This document shows, piece by piece, positions 1 to 14,700 of a stretch of 64,000 nt of DNA. Position numbers and translations under genes: made by a program. The notes beneath the pieces are model-generated. The model worked only from the letters and a program-made list of their open reading frames with translations. It was not told the DNA's origin and did no database searches. The DNA is from Octopus vulgaris (taxonomy: Eukaryota), in contig OX597828.1 in assembly GCA_951406725.2 (NCBI GenBank), positions 59,582,001-59,646,000 on the forward strand. The letters run 5' to 3'. Numbering within the stretch: position 1 is the first letter of the stretch; each line of letters begins with the position of its first letter.

Positions 1-94
1 TATACATATATACATACATATGTATATATATATAGAGAGAGGGAGATATATATATTTACATGTATATATATACATATATATATTTACATGTATG

Positions 95-126
<32 letters not shown>

Positions 127-144
127 CATACATATATATATATA

Positions 145-191
<47 letters not shown>

Positions 192-260
192 ACATATATA
201 CATATATAAATATATATATATATATGTATGTATGAATATATATATACTTATATAGAAAAA
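1..260. repeat. Compound (TA)n/(TATC)n microsatellite
   Basis: Directly visible simple repeats. Confidence 0.95.
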
Positions 261-668
261 TATAAATGTGTGTGTGCAAATGGATTTATGAGTATGCATA
301 TATGTGTGCGTGTTTGTATGCACAGATGTGCGTCACGCGTGTTTGCGTGTGCATGCATGTATATTTGTGTCCGTGTGCTTGGTATCCGCATATGAATGTA
401 TACACTTTGATAACCACATTAACTTCCTACTTCCATACAACTCATTATTTAACAATGAAGAAAAAAACCATTTCCTTTGAAAATAAATAATACAGGAATA
501 CCATGTATATTCCGAATAAGATTATTATAGAAAAATGATTCTTTCGGAAATATAATTGTGTGTGTACAAAGTGCTTAAACATCGCTTTTGTTTTTTCTTT
601 TTTTTTTTCTTCTTTTTTTTTTTTTGCATTACGCACTTTCTCTTAAGTAAAAAAGCATAAAGTCTTAC

Positions 669-950
669 CTGATGCGTTGATTAATATTACTTCTAGTGTT
701 TATCTTCCTCGCATTTATACAAACTCGCTCACTGACGAGTTTGAGTGTGCATGCATGGATACAACTGTCTGTGTATAACCTGATAGTTTGCTTATGGTTG
801 TCGTTACATATTGGTGTGTGTTGTTTTGCCCGTTAACTGCTGACAATAATATTGCGCCGATCAACTTATATTCGCGTCTTCTAACCGCGCAATGTATGAG
901 CACGACGGAGAGGTAGAGGAAGAGACGGATAGCAGCAGAAGAGTTTGTGT
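669..950 (-). other. Candidate (probably non-coding, 5') exon of a minus-strand gene continuing left of the window
   Basis: Strong donor on the minus strand (CAG|GTAAGAC; plus-strand gtcttac|ctg at 662-671) at the edge of a unique, CpG-containing stretch. No convincing ORF, and the 5' boundary is unknown. Confidence 0.25.
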
Positions 951-1149
951 TACGTAAATAGCATATGAAAATGATGATGATGATGATGATGATGTTGATG
1001 ATGAGGATGATTACGACAACGACCACGACTAATTCGATACTGATGATAATAATGATGATGTTACGCAGAGGTCGGTAATAATTGCTAATATCGGCCGTGT
1101 TGTGGACAACAGTGCAACTAGAGTAAAAGTTTAGCATAAATAAATACTT

Positions 1150-1204
1150 AAATGCATGCATACATATATACATGCATACATTCATACATACATACATACA
1201 TACG

Positions 1205-1236
<32 letters not shown>

Positions 1237-1296
1237 TATATATATATGTATATATATATTCCGTTCTGTTTATCTATCTATCTTTCTATCTATATC

Positions 1297-1374
<78 letters not shown>

Positions 1375-2197
1375 GCATTACTATAAGTGAATAAAGGGGC
1401 ATATTATTCAATCAGTTCCATTTTTTAAACACGACAACGTATGTTGTCACTCCACATAATTAATTTGTGTGAGCGTTTGTGTATTTATACATATTTCTGT
1501 TTCTATTTGCATCTATAACGACTCACATGTGTGTTTTGCATGTGTTAGTGTGTGTACAAGGGCGTGTAATTCGCGAATATCCATCGTGCGTGAACTGTAT
1601 TTACATCGGCAACTAATGACTGTATATCATGTGTATGAACACACGTGCATCGTGAATGTGCGCGTAGTTTGCAATGTCTACGGAGTTAGTGTTGGGTGAA
1701 TATGTCTGACGCTCTTTAACGAGATTAAGTGTTTTGCCTCTTGTGTGTGTGTATGCTTTTGTGTATATCTATTTGCATGTGTTTATATGCAAGTGCGAGC
1801 GTATTTATATATGTGTATGTGTTTGCGTGTGTGTGTGTATTTGTTTGTGAATCGGTGCATGTGTCGTGTGTGTCTGCAAGATTTTTTTATTTATATATTT
1901 TTGTGTGTATGTATGTATCTGTGGACGTGTGTGTGTGTGTGTGCCTGTGTATGCGTGTGTGCGTGTTTGTATGAGGAAGAGGCTTTCTGAATGTGTGTGT
2001 GTGTGTGTTTGCGTGTGTATATGTTTGTATGAGGGATAGGTTTTCTGAATATTTTTGGGAAATTGTTTATGTGTGTGAGTTTGTGCGTGTGTATGTGTGT
2101 GCGTGTGTGTGTTGGTATAAAAGTGTGTATCTTTATGCGCTCGTGTGTATGTTTCTGCATGTCCGTGTATGGGTGTGCATCTATACCGCTGTTTGTA

Positions 2198-2265
<68 letters not shown>

Positions 2266-2300
2266 CGTATGTGTGACTGTGTGTATGTATGTGCAATGCA
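1150..2300. repeat. Microsatellite-rich block: (CATA)n, (TA)n, (TATC)n, (TG)n
   Basis: Directly visible; source of the HTHT/CVCV/IYIY pseudo-ORFs. Confidence 0.9.
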
Positions 2301-2743
2301 TAGTAATACTTCAATGCTGCTGTAATTTAGCAATAGTAAACAAGACAATACTAATATTTACTTCATTTGATTCGCAGTAAAGAGGGCGGTGATGATGTTC
2401 ATGCCTTTCCCATAGGGATTAATAACATTAATAAATTGAAATACTTCCATCAATAAACTGCTTGCCTGTGAAACTTCCTTAACTATTGTGTTATCACTAA
2501 TTCACAGTCGATACAATAATCACTAATAAATAATAATGATTCAATTAAGCTATACATACCAACAGCTGTAGCTATCCTCCTGGGTGGCAGGGCACTTCAA
2601 AGGCGGTCGAGGTGTTTGCAGTTCATATCCTGTCAGTGGCTGTGCATTGTATTCATTGACAAGGTGGCTTTGATATACGAAGTCTACTTGTCTACAAGCA
2701 GGTATAGAAGCATAAACAATTCATTGTTGTGAGCAGCAGCATC

Positions 2744-3131
2744 GTGGAGGCGCAATAGCCCAATGGCTAGGGCAACGGACTCGCGATCGGAGGATCGCGG
2801 TTTCGATTCCCAGACTGGGCGTTGTGTGTGTTTATTTTAGCGAAAACGCCTAAAGCTCCACGAGGCTCCGGCAGGGGATGGTGGCGACCCCTGTTGTACT
2901 CTTTCGCTCCAACTTTCTCTCACTCTTTTTTTCTGTTTCTTGTCCCCGACCTCCTACGCAACCGCTGAGCCTGGATGCGCATTCATCGATCCGTCGATGC
3001 TCTCTGTGTCCGGGCTTGACCTGCTTTCTCTTCTGCGGGTCTTACGAATAGCAAAGGACCACGTTTCGCACTTCTCCCATCTTGCGAGCTCTGGGACGAG
3101 GAAAGTTCGCTCAACAGCAACAGCAGCAGCA
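2744..3131 (+). mobile_element. tRNA-derived SINE, head type R with tail A
   Basis: Pol III A/B-box-like head (tagcccaatggctagg ... ggtttcgattccc) and (CAA/CAG) tail. Homologous copies at 33651-34045 and 45771-46083. Resembles described octopus tRNA-Arg-derived SINEs; family name not verified. Confidence 0.9.
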
Positions 3132-3690
3132 AAATCGTTTCTAAATGCGTCTGTGAATCGTTGGTTCCATAGTTCGATTTGCCTTTTAAGAAGTTTATTT
3201 ATCGCTCGCTAATTATAAGTATTACATTTTTAGATTCGGTTAATGATTACAGGTCGGGGATCCGTATGAAGAAATGTATTAAAAATAAACTCTTTATACA
3301 GGCTTACATGGCTGACGTATCATGTGTTAATTGAAAGGCTTTCATGACTAATCAAGATGTATTGCATGCAGGAGTGTGTTGTACTATTTTAGGGATCATA
3401 AGAGAATGTTTACGAATGTTATTCGTTCGATTTCACATAGAGTGCATCTGATGATAATTAAAACCTTTCTGTGGCGTCTACTGAATTTTGAAAATAGAAT
3501 GTATCTTAATGCAAAACTGACTATAATAATTCAATGCGTATATACAATATTTCAGGACCACTTTATGTATGTATACAAACACAGGAATGTACACACATAC
3601 ATACTCACATGTGTTTTCCATTCAGTTGTTCCGGGTCCGCTACTAAGTAAAACCCTCAACACACCTCATACATACACACACAAACACACA

Positions 3691-3737
<47 letters not shown>

Positions 3738-3989
3738 ACAAACACACACGCACACACACACATATAAAATCGTTATTTTATTTTTAGATTAACGATCGTA
3801 TCCTTATTTATATAAATTTAGATTTATTTCGTCACTGTATTTACTTCGGCGATATTTTGACCATATCTCACATGGAATTAAACGGCGGACATTTTGAACT
3901 GGCCATGATGCATACCTGCATATATATGTGGGTATACGTTCGAATATGTAAGTATTAGTATGTTGTATATATATATATATATATATGTA

Positions 3990-4304
3990 TTTATATTTCT
4001 CGTTTGTGTGTATTCTACTGACGAGGCAAAGCATTCCTAAATGCAACGTCAGAAATCCGGGATCTAGAATTAACCAGTAAATTTTTACTAGTTTCATCTT
4101 GTCTCTTTGTTTTCTCTCCGTGTTGATATATAGACAATTATGGTGGTTTTAGAGTCAGATCATGGCTTTCTGTTTTCAGCATGGTGGTATATCGTAGATA
4201 CCCTAATTTATAATTTTAATAATTATTACCTTTGAAGGTTACTTTTTCCATGCTGACCACTTGATCAAATCGTTATTATTTTATTTTTAGATTAACGATC
4301 TTAT

Positions 4305-4306
<2 letters not shown>
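3990..4306 (+). mobile_element. PLE pseudo-LTR fragment between (TA)n tracts
   Basis: Contains the HHR at 4012-4070. Its terminal ~38 bp are repeated at ~3766-3803, and a minus-strand homologue lies at 25343-25510. Confidence 0.6.
4012..4070 (+). ncRNA. Minimal type-I hammerhead ribozyme motif
   Basis: attcta-CTGACGA-GGC..GTC-a-GAAA-TCCgGGA-TC-tagaat: 6-bp stem I, near-palindromic stem III, AUC triplet, one extra nt before GAAA. Confidence 0.75.
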
Positions 4307-4346
<40 letters not shown>

Positions 4347-4457
4347 ATAAAACGGTAAGATAACAAAAGAAAGAAAGAGACCTCAATATTATGTAAATAG
4401 AGGAAATTTATCTATACAATAATATGTTACATTACTCGGTAGTCAAGATAAAACTCT

Positions 4458-5090
4458 GTGTTTACGCCCCCTTACTCACCCGAGGTGGCCTTCAATATAG
4501 GTAAATATTTCCTAGCACTGATAGATAGACATTTTCCAGTTAACCATACTTATAGGAAAGTATTTAGTTCAACTACCAATTTTAAAAACATAATCAAACA
4601 TAACATACAAAAAACACAACAAGAAAACAGCTGTTCATGCAGGAATAAAGAATTGTGCCCGCTAAATGGAGCTTGCATGTCCAAGACCATCATATATGAA
4701 GCTACCGTAAACTCTATAACCACTAAAGACACCGTTTCAACGAAGAAATACGTGGGCCTTATAGAGGGTAATTTCAAGGCCAGGTTCAATAACCACACTT
4801 TGAGCTTTAGGCACTGGAACAAAAGAAAAGCGACACAATTATCTAATCCTATTTGGTCTTTAAGAGATAAAGGTGTCGATTATAACATACAATGGAAGAT
4901 TTTGGCCAGATGTAAGCCCTATACCAACGGCAGCGGAAGGTGCGGTCTATGCGACATGGAGAGATGGCTTATCTGGAAAAGCAGCTTAGACCCTACTACA
5001 TGTCTAAATACAAAGACAGAGCTTTTCGGATCATGCCCACATGTGACTAAATTTCTGTTACGTTTTTGGTCCCCTAAAGAAAACAGATAG
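4458..5090 (+). pseudogene. PLE C-terminal linker + GIY-YIG endonuclease (Hydra-clade-like)
   Basis: FTPPYS...NIGKYFL, CSCRNKELCPLNGAC, IIYEATV...KYVG...FKARFNNH, CGLC, LNTKTE..CPH. 5'-truncated; no RT core. Confidence 0.85.
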
Positions 5091-5282
5091 AACATGCTTT
5101 CTATGTTATGTCCGAAGAAGAATTTATATATTTTTATATATTTTTATATATTTTTTATGTATTTTTATATAATTTTTATGACGAAAAATGCGAGCGATGT
5201 ATTAGTACGCAGGCAAGCAGAGTTATAACACAGTAATTTCCCTTTATTTAACGGTATTTTTTCATAGCGTTTTCAAATAGCC

Positions 5283-5345
5283 AGATAACCGAAGAGATGG
5301 TGTTGTGGATTTCCACTTCGGCATCTGAAACTCAGAGTTTTATCT
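5283..5345 (+). ncRNA. Hammerhead-like motif (variant core)
   Basis: agataa-CCGAAGA-GATG..CATC-t-GAAA-CTCaGAG-TT-ttatct; U4C change and one extra nt before GAAA. Confidence 0.6.
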
Positions 5346-5370
5346 TGACTACCGAGTAATGTAACATATT

Positions 5371-5760
<390 letters not shown>

Positions 5761-7189
5761 ATATAGGCAGAATGTATGTATGTATGTATGTTTATATATA
5801 TGCTATTTAATGTATGTATGCATGTATGTATTTACGTATGTAAATATGCACTTATGTATGCGTACATGTATGTGTGGGTATGTTGATATGTCTTATCACT
5901 TTTGTTAGCATTTAGCAATCTGCCGATATATATATATACCAGTTATCAACAGCAATTTTCTGCACATGCATATCCTTTATTGCACACCAGCATGCTGCTT
6001 CCTCTCTTTCTTTTAGACACTCATATCTCATTGTGCGTCATTACAATTGCATTCACACACGTGCATACAACGGCAACCTTTATATCCATCTATCTATCTA
6101 TCTATCTATCTATCCCCTTCTCCCTCACCTTACCCACTCTCTGTATATATATATATATATACACATATAAAGAAAGGGAGAGAAAGAGAGAGATAGGTTG
6201 TGCAATATGGCCAACATTTGTGGCAAAGCAAACAATTTTGACAGGAAATAAAGAATTTAGTAGTCTCCCGTTTGTTTGAGCTGTTTGCGCTTCTCTTATA
6301 ATACTTCTATAAAAGTATATATTTTAAAAAAATTATGCAAATAGTTGCCTCATTAATTCCTCCATTTATTGATGGGATTTCTCTCATTAACTTAAGCACA
6401 CATTGCCTTGTCTACTAATATTTACTGTACAATATATGACAGTTATTAATAAAATGTAAACAATGAGCATTTTCAATATAAGCAATTGATTTATAGCAAT
6501 AATTAGCGATGTATGGTTTGCTTGTCAAATGTTACTTTAAAACTAATAAGAATGTTTAAAATTTGAAGTATTGTTATGGACGAGGAGCTGTTTTACATCT
6601 GATTGATGAGTTTATTATTCTCTTACTGGATGGCAAAGTGACTTATGTCAGTAATGGAATAGGTTATTTTTCTATGACGTACACTTAGACCTCTTCCACA
6701 TTTTATGTGTGAACCTGCCAACGATTTAAATGCTAGTGTGGTATTTTATTTTATCGACTCGGGAAGGATGAAATGCAAAGATAATCTCAGCGAAATTTGA
6801 ACACAGAACTGAATGAGCCGAAAGAAATACTGTAAGGTATTTTAATCAACTCTCTAATAATTCTGTCAATATACCTTCCAAATCATTACAATTCGAATTT
6901 AGAAATTTATCCCTTACACAATCAGGACCTTGCCGGATATAATCCACCGTGGTGCTTATATCCTTTTCAGTTCTGAGTTTTAACCCACTGTCTTTCACAT
7001 TTCTGAGATCAGTAAAATAAATGACAGCTTAAGTACTGAAGGCGATTAAATGAACTATATCTCATTCATTTTATTGTCTTGTATAAAAGCTGAAGGTTAG
7101 TATGGTTAGTGTCAGTGATTTCTGGTAAAGTTATTAACCCTATTGAGAAAAGCTCTTCTAATCTTTGGAAACATGTAAAACATTATATA

Positions 7190-8122
7190 CGAGGTATGTT
7201 CAAAATATATCCAACTTCTTTTCCCTCCAAAACTGATGCTGCGTAGGCAATATCCTTTAAGTGGGAGGAAACATCACCTTTCTTGTGCATGTTTGAAAAT
7301 TTTCGCGCCAGTAGGCCAAATCAATTTCCGGCTGTTACACATAGAGTTCATATGTGTGGTGCGCGGTCGTCGGAATTTCTTTTTGCTCACAAGATGACCT
7401 GAACACTTTGAGTTGAGATGTTGCATCACGCTTTGCCAAAAGCATGGTGATACGCAAGCTCAAATAATCCAGGTTCAGCAGGCCTTTGGCGATGATGCCA
7501 AGGGGAAAAACTAGGATCAGAGTGGTACAACCGCTTCAAACATGGCTGAACCTTAGTGGAAATCGAGACATGCTCATTCGGAGCATCCACAAGCCGAAAC
7601 TAGGAACCAATTGAGAAGGTTCTGCGAATAGTCATGAAAGACCTTTGTGTAATCGAGCAGGAAATTATTCTCAAACTGAAAATAAGCAAACGATTACTGC
7701 ACTCCATTTTAACGGAGGATTTGTGCATGAGGAATGTCGGCCAAAAAATAAAGTTGGATACTTTTGAACGCAACTCGTAATCCAAACTTCCCTGGTCAAG
7801 AACAACACACCACTTGTTCGACAGGCTCCCTACTCTCCCGACATGGTACCATGTTATTTTTGTATTTTCCTCAAACTGAAGCTATCCTGAAGGGGAAGCG
7901 ATTTGCGCCGCGAGAGGAAATTATGAGAAAAGCAACAACGGACGCCATTGCATTCCAGAGAAGGCGTTTCAGACGTGTTACTAGCAGTGGCAGACCCGAT
8001 GGGAGAAGTGTGGAAACTTGCAAAGGGAGTATTTTGAAGGTGATTAAATAACATTTGTGAACCCTACAAAATTGTTTTGTTTTGTTATGTCCAAACTTCG
8101 GGTACTTTTTGAACGCAACTTG
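7190..8122 (+). mobile_element. Internally deleted mariner transposon remnant
   Basis: TA-flanked TIRs (cgaggtatgttcaaaa.. / ..ttttgaacgcaacttg), N-terminal HTH remnant (EWYNRFK, HSILTEDL) and C-terminal PYSPDMVP..LK..KGKRF. Confidence 0.85.
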
Positions 8123-9159
8123 TATATTCAAAATGGTGGTAACTAGTAACGCAAACAAAATGGGTGAAGACAACGAAAGTTTGAGTGGCAATCATCCAAA
8201 ACCATGAAAAAATACATTAGAAATAATGACAGTTATATATCAACTAATAATGTTAATGGAAAGGATAAAAACGGCAAGAATCTTTGGCAGCAACACAACG
8301 GTAACAGCGACACCTTTACAAACCATCGAAGCAACGCCTGCATTGTCGCTTGTCGTCCTAGAGCTTAGAAGGCAAATGTCATTGAAATCATATACAACCG
8401 TTATATGAAACGGTAATGGTCACAATGAAATTTTCTTGAAGTGGAATGCTTGCAACTCGAATACATAGATTTGATTGATTAGAACTAACCAGGGACTAAA
8501 ACACAACAGCAACAACAACAACAACAACAGCAAGGAAGCCTATTACAGCAACCACAGAGCCAAAATAAATTGTTTCAATCAAGAAGAGTGTCAATAACTC
8601 AAATAAATTAAACGCTTCATATAAAACCAACAATAGAAGGAAACACAAAATGAAGCAGTGTAAGAGTAACTACACACAGCAGGAAGTACATGGCAAGATC
8701 ATCGAGAAATTAAAAGCAAAATTGTGTAACCTATCATTTCTTAACAATGATGATTGTTTTACATGAATAAAAGTTAGCCCGTGTATAAAACTAGCAGGTT
8801 ACGAAGAAAATATGTAAGTAACAAGAGATAGAAAATCTATTTCGTTTAAACGCCTGAAAAATATGAAAGTGGTCTAAGCAACTAAGCGGGATAGAAGGGA
8901 GAGATGTTAGCCACTATTTCGTTGAGTCGTCTGAGTTGATCAAAGTTTATCAACAAAATATGTAACATATTGCATATTCGACAGCCTGTTGTATTTAGTG
9001 TGCAGAATATTATCCGAAACTATTTTCCATTTGTCATTTATTTAATATTCTTAGTCAGCGTCATAACATTCCCTATATTTCAATCTTTCTTTTCTGTTTT
9101 TTGATACACAAACAGAGACAGAGAGAAAGACACACAAATACAAACGCACACACACACAT

Positions 9160-9650
<491 letters not shown>

Positions 9651-9652
9651 AT

Positions 9653-11350
9653 TAAGAAATGCAATTTCAAAAACGAAAACTCCTGTCCGTTAGAAGGGAA
9701 ATGTCTAGTGAAAGGAGTAGTTTATAGAGCCAAGGTGCAAATAGAAGGCTCATCGGAATACAAGACATATACAGGTGCTTCAGAAAATTCATTTAAAACA
9801 CGATTTTATTCACATAAAAATTCATTTAGATACCCAGAGAATAGGAAGAGGACCAGCCTAGCAAAATATGTCTGGGATGTTGCGGACAATGCCAAATTCA
9901 ATATTTTGATGGCAGACCTCGTCAGAATAATGAGAAATGTGTCACGCATGTGCGAGCCTACAGAGTTAAAAAGACACATACAATATTTCATTCACCGCGT
10001 GCAGTTCTCAGGTTACAGCCATAAAGAAAGGATCAGAGTATACAAAGGGGCCATGAAGAAATTTGATAATATATTATGTAATGATAGGAATGGGATTTGC
10101 CCGCTCTATAGGAACAAGTCATGGAACACTATAGAAAGGACAAAAAAGAAAATAGGGAAGGCCAACTCTTGGTATGATAGCCATAAATAGCAGAGTGTCG
10201 TGTTCGTTGACACCACCCCTGGAGGTGAACTGGCGTACCGCTTTAGAAGGACCCTAGACAAACTTAAGCTAAGGATTAAGGTTGTTGAAAGGCCAGGCAA
10301 CCCTAACAAATCTATAATCGGTAGAACCTATCCTTTTAGTAGAACCCCTGTACGGATAAGCACTGTACTGTATGTAGATTTAGCCCACAAACAAACTGTA
10401 AAGCCAGAAATGTAGTCTATAGTATAAGATGTATAGAGGGACGATGCAGTAACAAGACAACGACATACGTAGGGGAAACGGCAAGAAGCATAGGAGAGCG
10501 GGTAAATGAACATTGGAGAGAACTCAAGGAAGGTAAAAGCTCATCGATTCTGTACCAACACGTCGAACAGGAAGACGGGGGATCAATCAACAACATAGAA
10601 ATTAAAATATTGTCCAGACATAGAACAGATGCAACAATCGGACAAATTACAGAAGCTACACACATAATAGAAAATAAACCTAGCCTGAATAGGAAACTAG
10701 AATGGAACACTAGCACACACCACAACATATGACGGTAGAGGATCCCAATAAACTGGTTACAAAAAAAACCGAAAACATAATGAATAAAATACACAGATAA
10801 ATAAACAAATAGAAATATATAACTATATAAGTTTTTTTTTAATGTAAAAGATTTTTTAATTCATTATTATTATTACTAGTATTGTTGTTATACATACATA
10901 CATACATACATACATACATACATACATACAAGCATATGTAATGATAATAATAAGTGGATGTAAACACATGAACAAAATAAGAATAAACAAAGACAACAAC
11001 AAAAACAAATTACATGAACGTATATAAACAGAAGATACAAATATTACAGGCATCCCCCCTACACACACACTAAGTAAACATAGACGCACATAATGATATA
11101 AGCATGCGCAAATGAAAACATGCAATAGAAATACAAAATGGCTGACGGTTAGTAAGGAGAGACACAAATAAGAAGGAAACAAAGGACCACTGATGCTGTC
11201 ACAGGAGTGTGACGAAAGAACTCTGGCCGAAATAAGATTAAGATTAATGTAAAAAAGAAATAACACTGAAGCAAAGTAACATCAAATATATAGTGCGTGT
11301 GTTTTTATTGGCTAAACTGGCAAAATGACCATTCCGAAATATAACAATAT

Positions 11351-11355
<5 letters not shown>
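9653..11355 (+). mobile_element. Composite PLE remnant: Hydra-like GIY-YIG fragment + RT thumb/linker/GIY-YIG of another PLE + pseudo-LTR with HHR
   Basis: 9653-9878 reads [29 protein letters not shown]. 9880-10190 is thumb-like ([21 protein letters not shown]). ~10345-10732 reads CTDKHCTVC..CKARNVVYSIRC..YVGETARSIGERVNEH..QH..PSLNRKLEW*. The 3' segment ends in (TA)n. Confidence 0.85.
11187..11226 (+). ncRNA. Hammerhead-like motif (GTCACA/TGTGAC family)
   Basis: cca-CTGATGCT-GTCACAggagTGTGAC-GAAA-GaaC-TC-tgg; sister copies at 25837-25876(-) and 50639-50675(+). Confidence 0.6.
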
Positions 11356-11396
<41 letters not shown>

Positions 11397-11523
11397 ATAT
11401 TATATATATATAATGAAACCAAAGGGTAGCCTTAATGCACAAATAAAGAAATTTTTATTCACCAATGCGATGTTGACCACTCATTCTCGTTATTCGACAT
11501 TTATGTGTGTATGTATATATATA

Positions 11524-11738
11524 TCCGGTCTTTCAAAATGTGACCTCGTGTGTACTGTCGGCGATTTTTTTTCTTCTGTCTTCCTTTCTCTTGATCTTTC
11601 CTTCTCCTATATTTCCAACGAAGAGCTCCGCTCGAAACGTTAAACCCTCCTTCTTTCCTTCTTTCCTGAGCGTCCAATAATACTATATTTGTTCCACGTC
11701 CTCGCGTTGTTGTTTTTTGTGCTTTCTTGTTTGGATTA

Positions 11739-11743
<5 letters not shown>
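11524..11743 (+). mobile_element. PLE pseudo-LTR fragment with degenerate HHR (11612-11644)
   Basis: ttt-CCAACGAA-GAGCtccGCTC-GAAA-CG-TT-aaa, followed ~100 nt later by (TA)n. Confidence 0.55.
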
Positions 11744-11795
<52 letters not shown>

Positions 11796-14700
11796 CACAG
11801 TTATTAGTGAGTATTATCAATCTGTGCAAAGCTTTCTGTTAGTACACCAGGCTAACAATATTGTTTAGATTAGTTAAGAGCTCCGTTTATTCCTGGCAGG
11901 AACCGAATTTCAAGTTCACCACCAATCTATGCTGTGAATCTGTAGTTTTGTTCCAGTTATACTGGTTTTTACACAGAGTAATATATAAGTCAAGACAAAT
12001 AATTGTCATTATCTATTTTTCGTTTTGTAGTAAATTTGACTGACAGCTTCCCAGTAATCGTATAAGGTTTGTTATTGATTGATCGGTTGAGGAAAATTGA
12101 ACGACCTAGAAAATTAATGCAACTTTCATCAGTCATATCTGGTTATAATCAGAAGCAAAAGTGTAGGCGGGTTCAGAGGCTCACGCTGCAAACTCACTAA
12201 AAACAACTACAAACACAAAAACGTCATCTTCAACGCAATTCACAGCCACACTGACAGCAACGAGAGCAACATCATCATCAACAACATAAATTCATCAACA
12301 ACAGCAGCGACAACTATTGCAAACAACAACAAAAGCAACAGGAAGGCAATACACAAACTCTTCAAGAACGAAAACTAAAACTATTAAAAGAAAATTTAAA
12401 CCCTAAACAAAACGTATCCATCAATTTTACTGTCGTGAAGAAACTCAACAGTCACTTGATGGATTATCTAATGGAAAATAAAAATGAAATCGAAACAGTG
12501 GAGGAAGAAATTAAGAATTTAATATTTAAAATCCCGAAAGCGAGACTTTTAAATAAAACATCTTCGAACGTTTACAGAACTATTAGAGAAAAATAACCAG
12601 CTAGTGTGGGAATAAAAAAAACATACTATTGATAAAAGAATTTTAGAAAGATCGTTTAAGAAACATTCGCCTGGAATGAGGTCTGGAATACCGGAGCTTC
12701 ACGAAACTTAAGGTGAGTGATGTTCCCTGTTTTCTTTCTCTCACTGAGCTACGGAAAAACTAGCTCAGTTCCTGTAACGAGAGAACTGCTGGATACAGCA
12801 GACAAATCTCTTCTCAAAGGAACCCTAAAGTTAAAAATGAGGAAGGACATGGGGAATTATATTTGTCCTAGATAACGAAAATTCTGGGACTTTCAACATT
12901 AGAATGCTCCTTTTGATCATAGGTCTGCTCGATCGACCGCATCCTCCCGGTTTCCAATTTATACGAAAGTTTAAACGAGTTGGCAATCGATGGGCAAGCA
13001 GATTACACAACAGATTGGCTTGTTACTATGGGAACTTGTCGCAATATGTCTGTACCTTTAAATTGGCTAAAATTACCCAAAATTTATTAATTTAAGGCAA
13101 AAATGAATTTCATTTCTACAATTAGCATACAAAACTACACCAGTGCACCAAATTTGAAATCAATTGGAACAAAATTAAAGGGAGTGATAAGCGAAAGCCA
13201 AACAGAAAAATCCTGTTATAACTGAAGAAATGATTCTGTTATAAATATTTTTTAAATAAACATTTCGTACAAACTTAGAAATTTTGTCTGCACATGAAAG
13301 TAACAAAAGATTAATAGCAGCATATCTGTTACAAAAAATATATTTGTAAACAATTTTTATTATAAAATGGTATTATATTATTCTAATTAAATAACTAATA
13401 ATTAGTTCTTCACGATTGAAGATTCTGTCTGAATATGTTTTTATATGTATATATGTTAATAGATTAATATGATATCACAAAAAATAATATATTTTTTAAT
13501 GCTTAATATCTTTAGATGTAGTTTACGCAAAATATTTGTCTCGATGAAGTCTTTCATTTGAGTTCAAATAATATTTTTTCTCTTAAAAAGACAAACATAT
13601 TTTGGTTTCTTAAGACTGTGAACTTCCTTCACAATGTTTTGTGTAGCGAATATTTTTTGACGACGTTTGCATCATCTGATAATTCTCACAGAACTTTTTC
13701 ATCTAAACGAACCTCGAACACAGCTTAGAAGATCGGTTGAGTACCCTTAGAAAATGTAATAAAAGAGAATAGCTAAGGAAGCCGCTCCAGGGAATCGAGT
13801 CCTAAACCACTCAAACTCACGTTAAGCGCACTGTACCGTTAAGTTAAACAGTCTATCACATCCAAGCCGTCTTTTACCACGCTAAATACCTTAAGATTAC
13901 AAAAATATTTGGATTGTCAAAATAATCATCTTTTTTCATCATTTAAAGCGACAACACGAATATTTTTTGAGGAGGTTTTCACCATAAGATTCATCTCATA
14001 GAACTCTTTTACTTGAACTCAACTATTGTAGAGTTCTCATTTATAATAGCTTAGCTACTTTGATTCAAAATCAATGAGCACAAAATCGATGAGCACATAC
14101 TTTTAAACTCAGTTAATCTTCACTTTTCTTTGAAAATAACCGAGATGTTTCGATTCAAAGGTACTTTTTGGCCTTAAAATAACAGTTATTGATGAGTTGC
14201 ACATTACCTTGCCATAAATATTATGATGATGCTAAATAAGGTATCAAATGCAAATTTAAATATATGTACACAGTAATTTCTTAGTCATAAACTAAACACA
14301 AATATTTGTTGGGCATTTTGCTCCATCTCATTTGTAACCTAATTGTTTTGTGCAAATTTTCACTTATCCTCCTTCATGAGAAACATGTAGATCAAATATG
14401 ACATTCGTGTTTATAGGGAAATTCAAATTTATTACTACGTAACAACGGAATATTCAGAAATTATTCTTTTATAGTTAGGGAAGCAGTAAATATTTGTTTT
14501 ACAATTCAAAAAAGGTTCACATATATTTCTCACCAAAAATTAAGATGAAATATAATTTTTTTGAGGAATCTTCCGCAATAGAACCTACTAAATCTCCTTG
14601 TTATATGTACCGATATGCCATTCCTATTCTACCAATACTCACTTCCATAGTCAGTCCGAGTGGAATAATCGATTAGAAGTGCTAAACAATCTAATGTGGT

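Noticed and set aside
715-1197. 160-aa hydrophobic ORF resembling a membrane or secreted protein
   Set aside because: The start lies in (TATG)n and the hydrophobic run comes from an (ATC)n repeat; no recognisable domain.
20-2380. Many ORFs rich in YI/HT/CV/YLSI
   Set aside because: Translations of microsatellites; the same applies to similar ORFs throughout the window.
2744-2820. tRNA-Arg-like gene
   Set aside because: SINE head: no proper acceptor stem, continues into the SINE body, multiple diverged copies.
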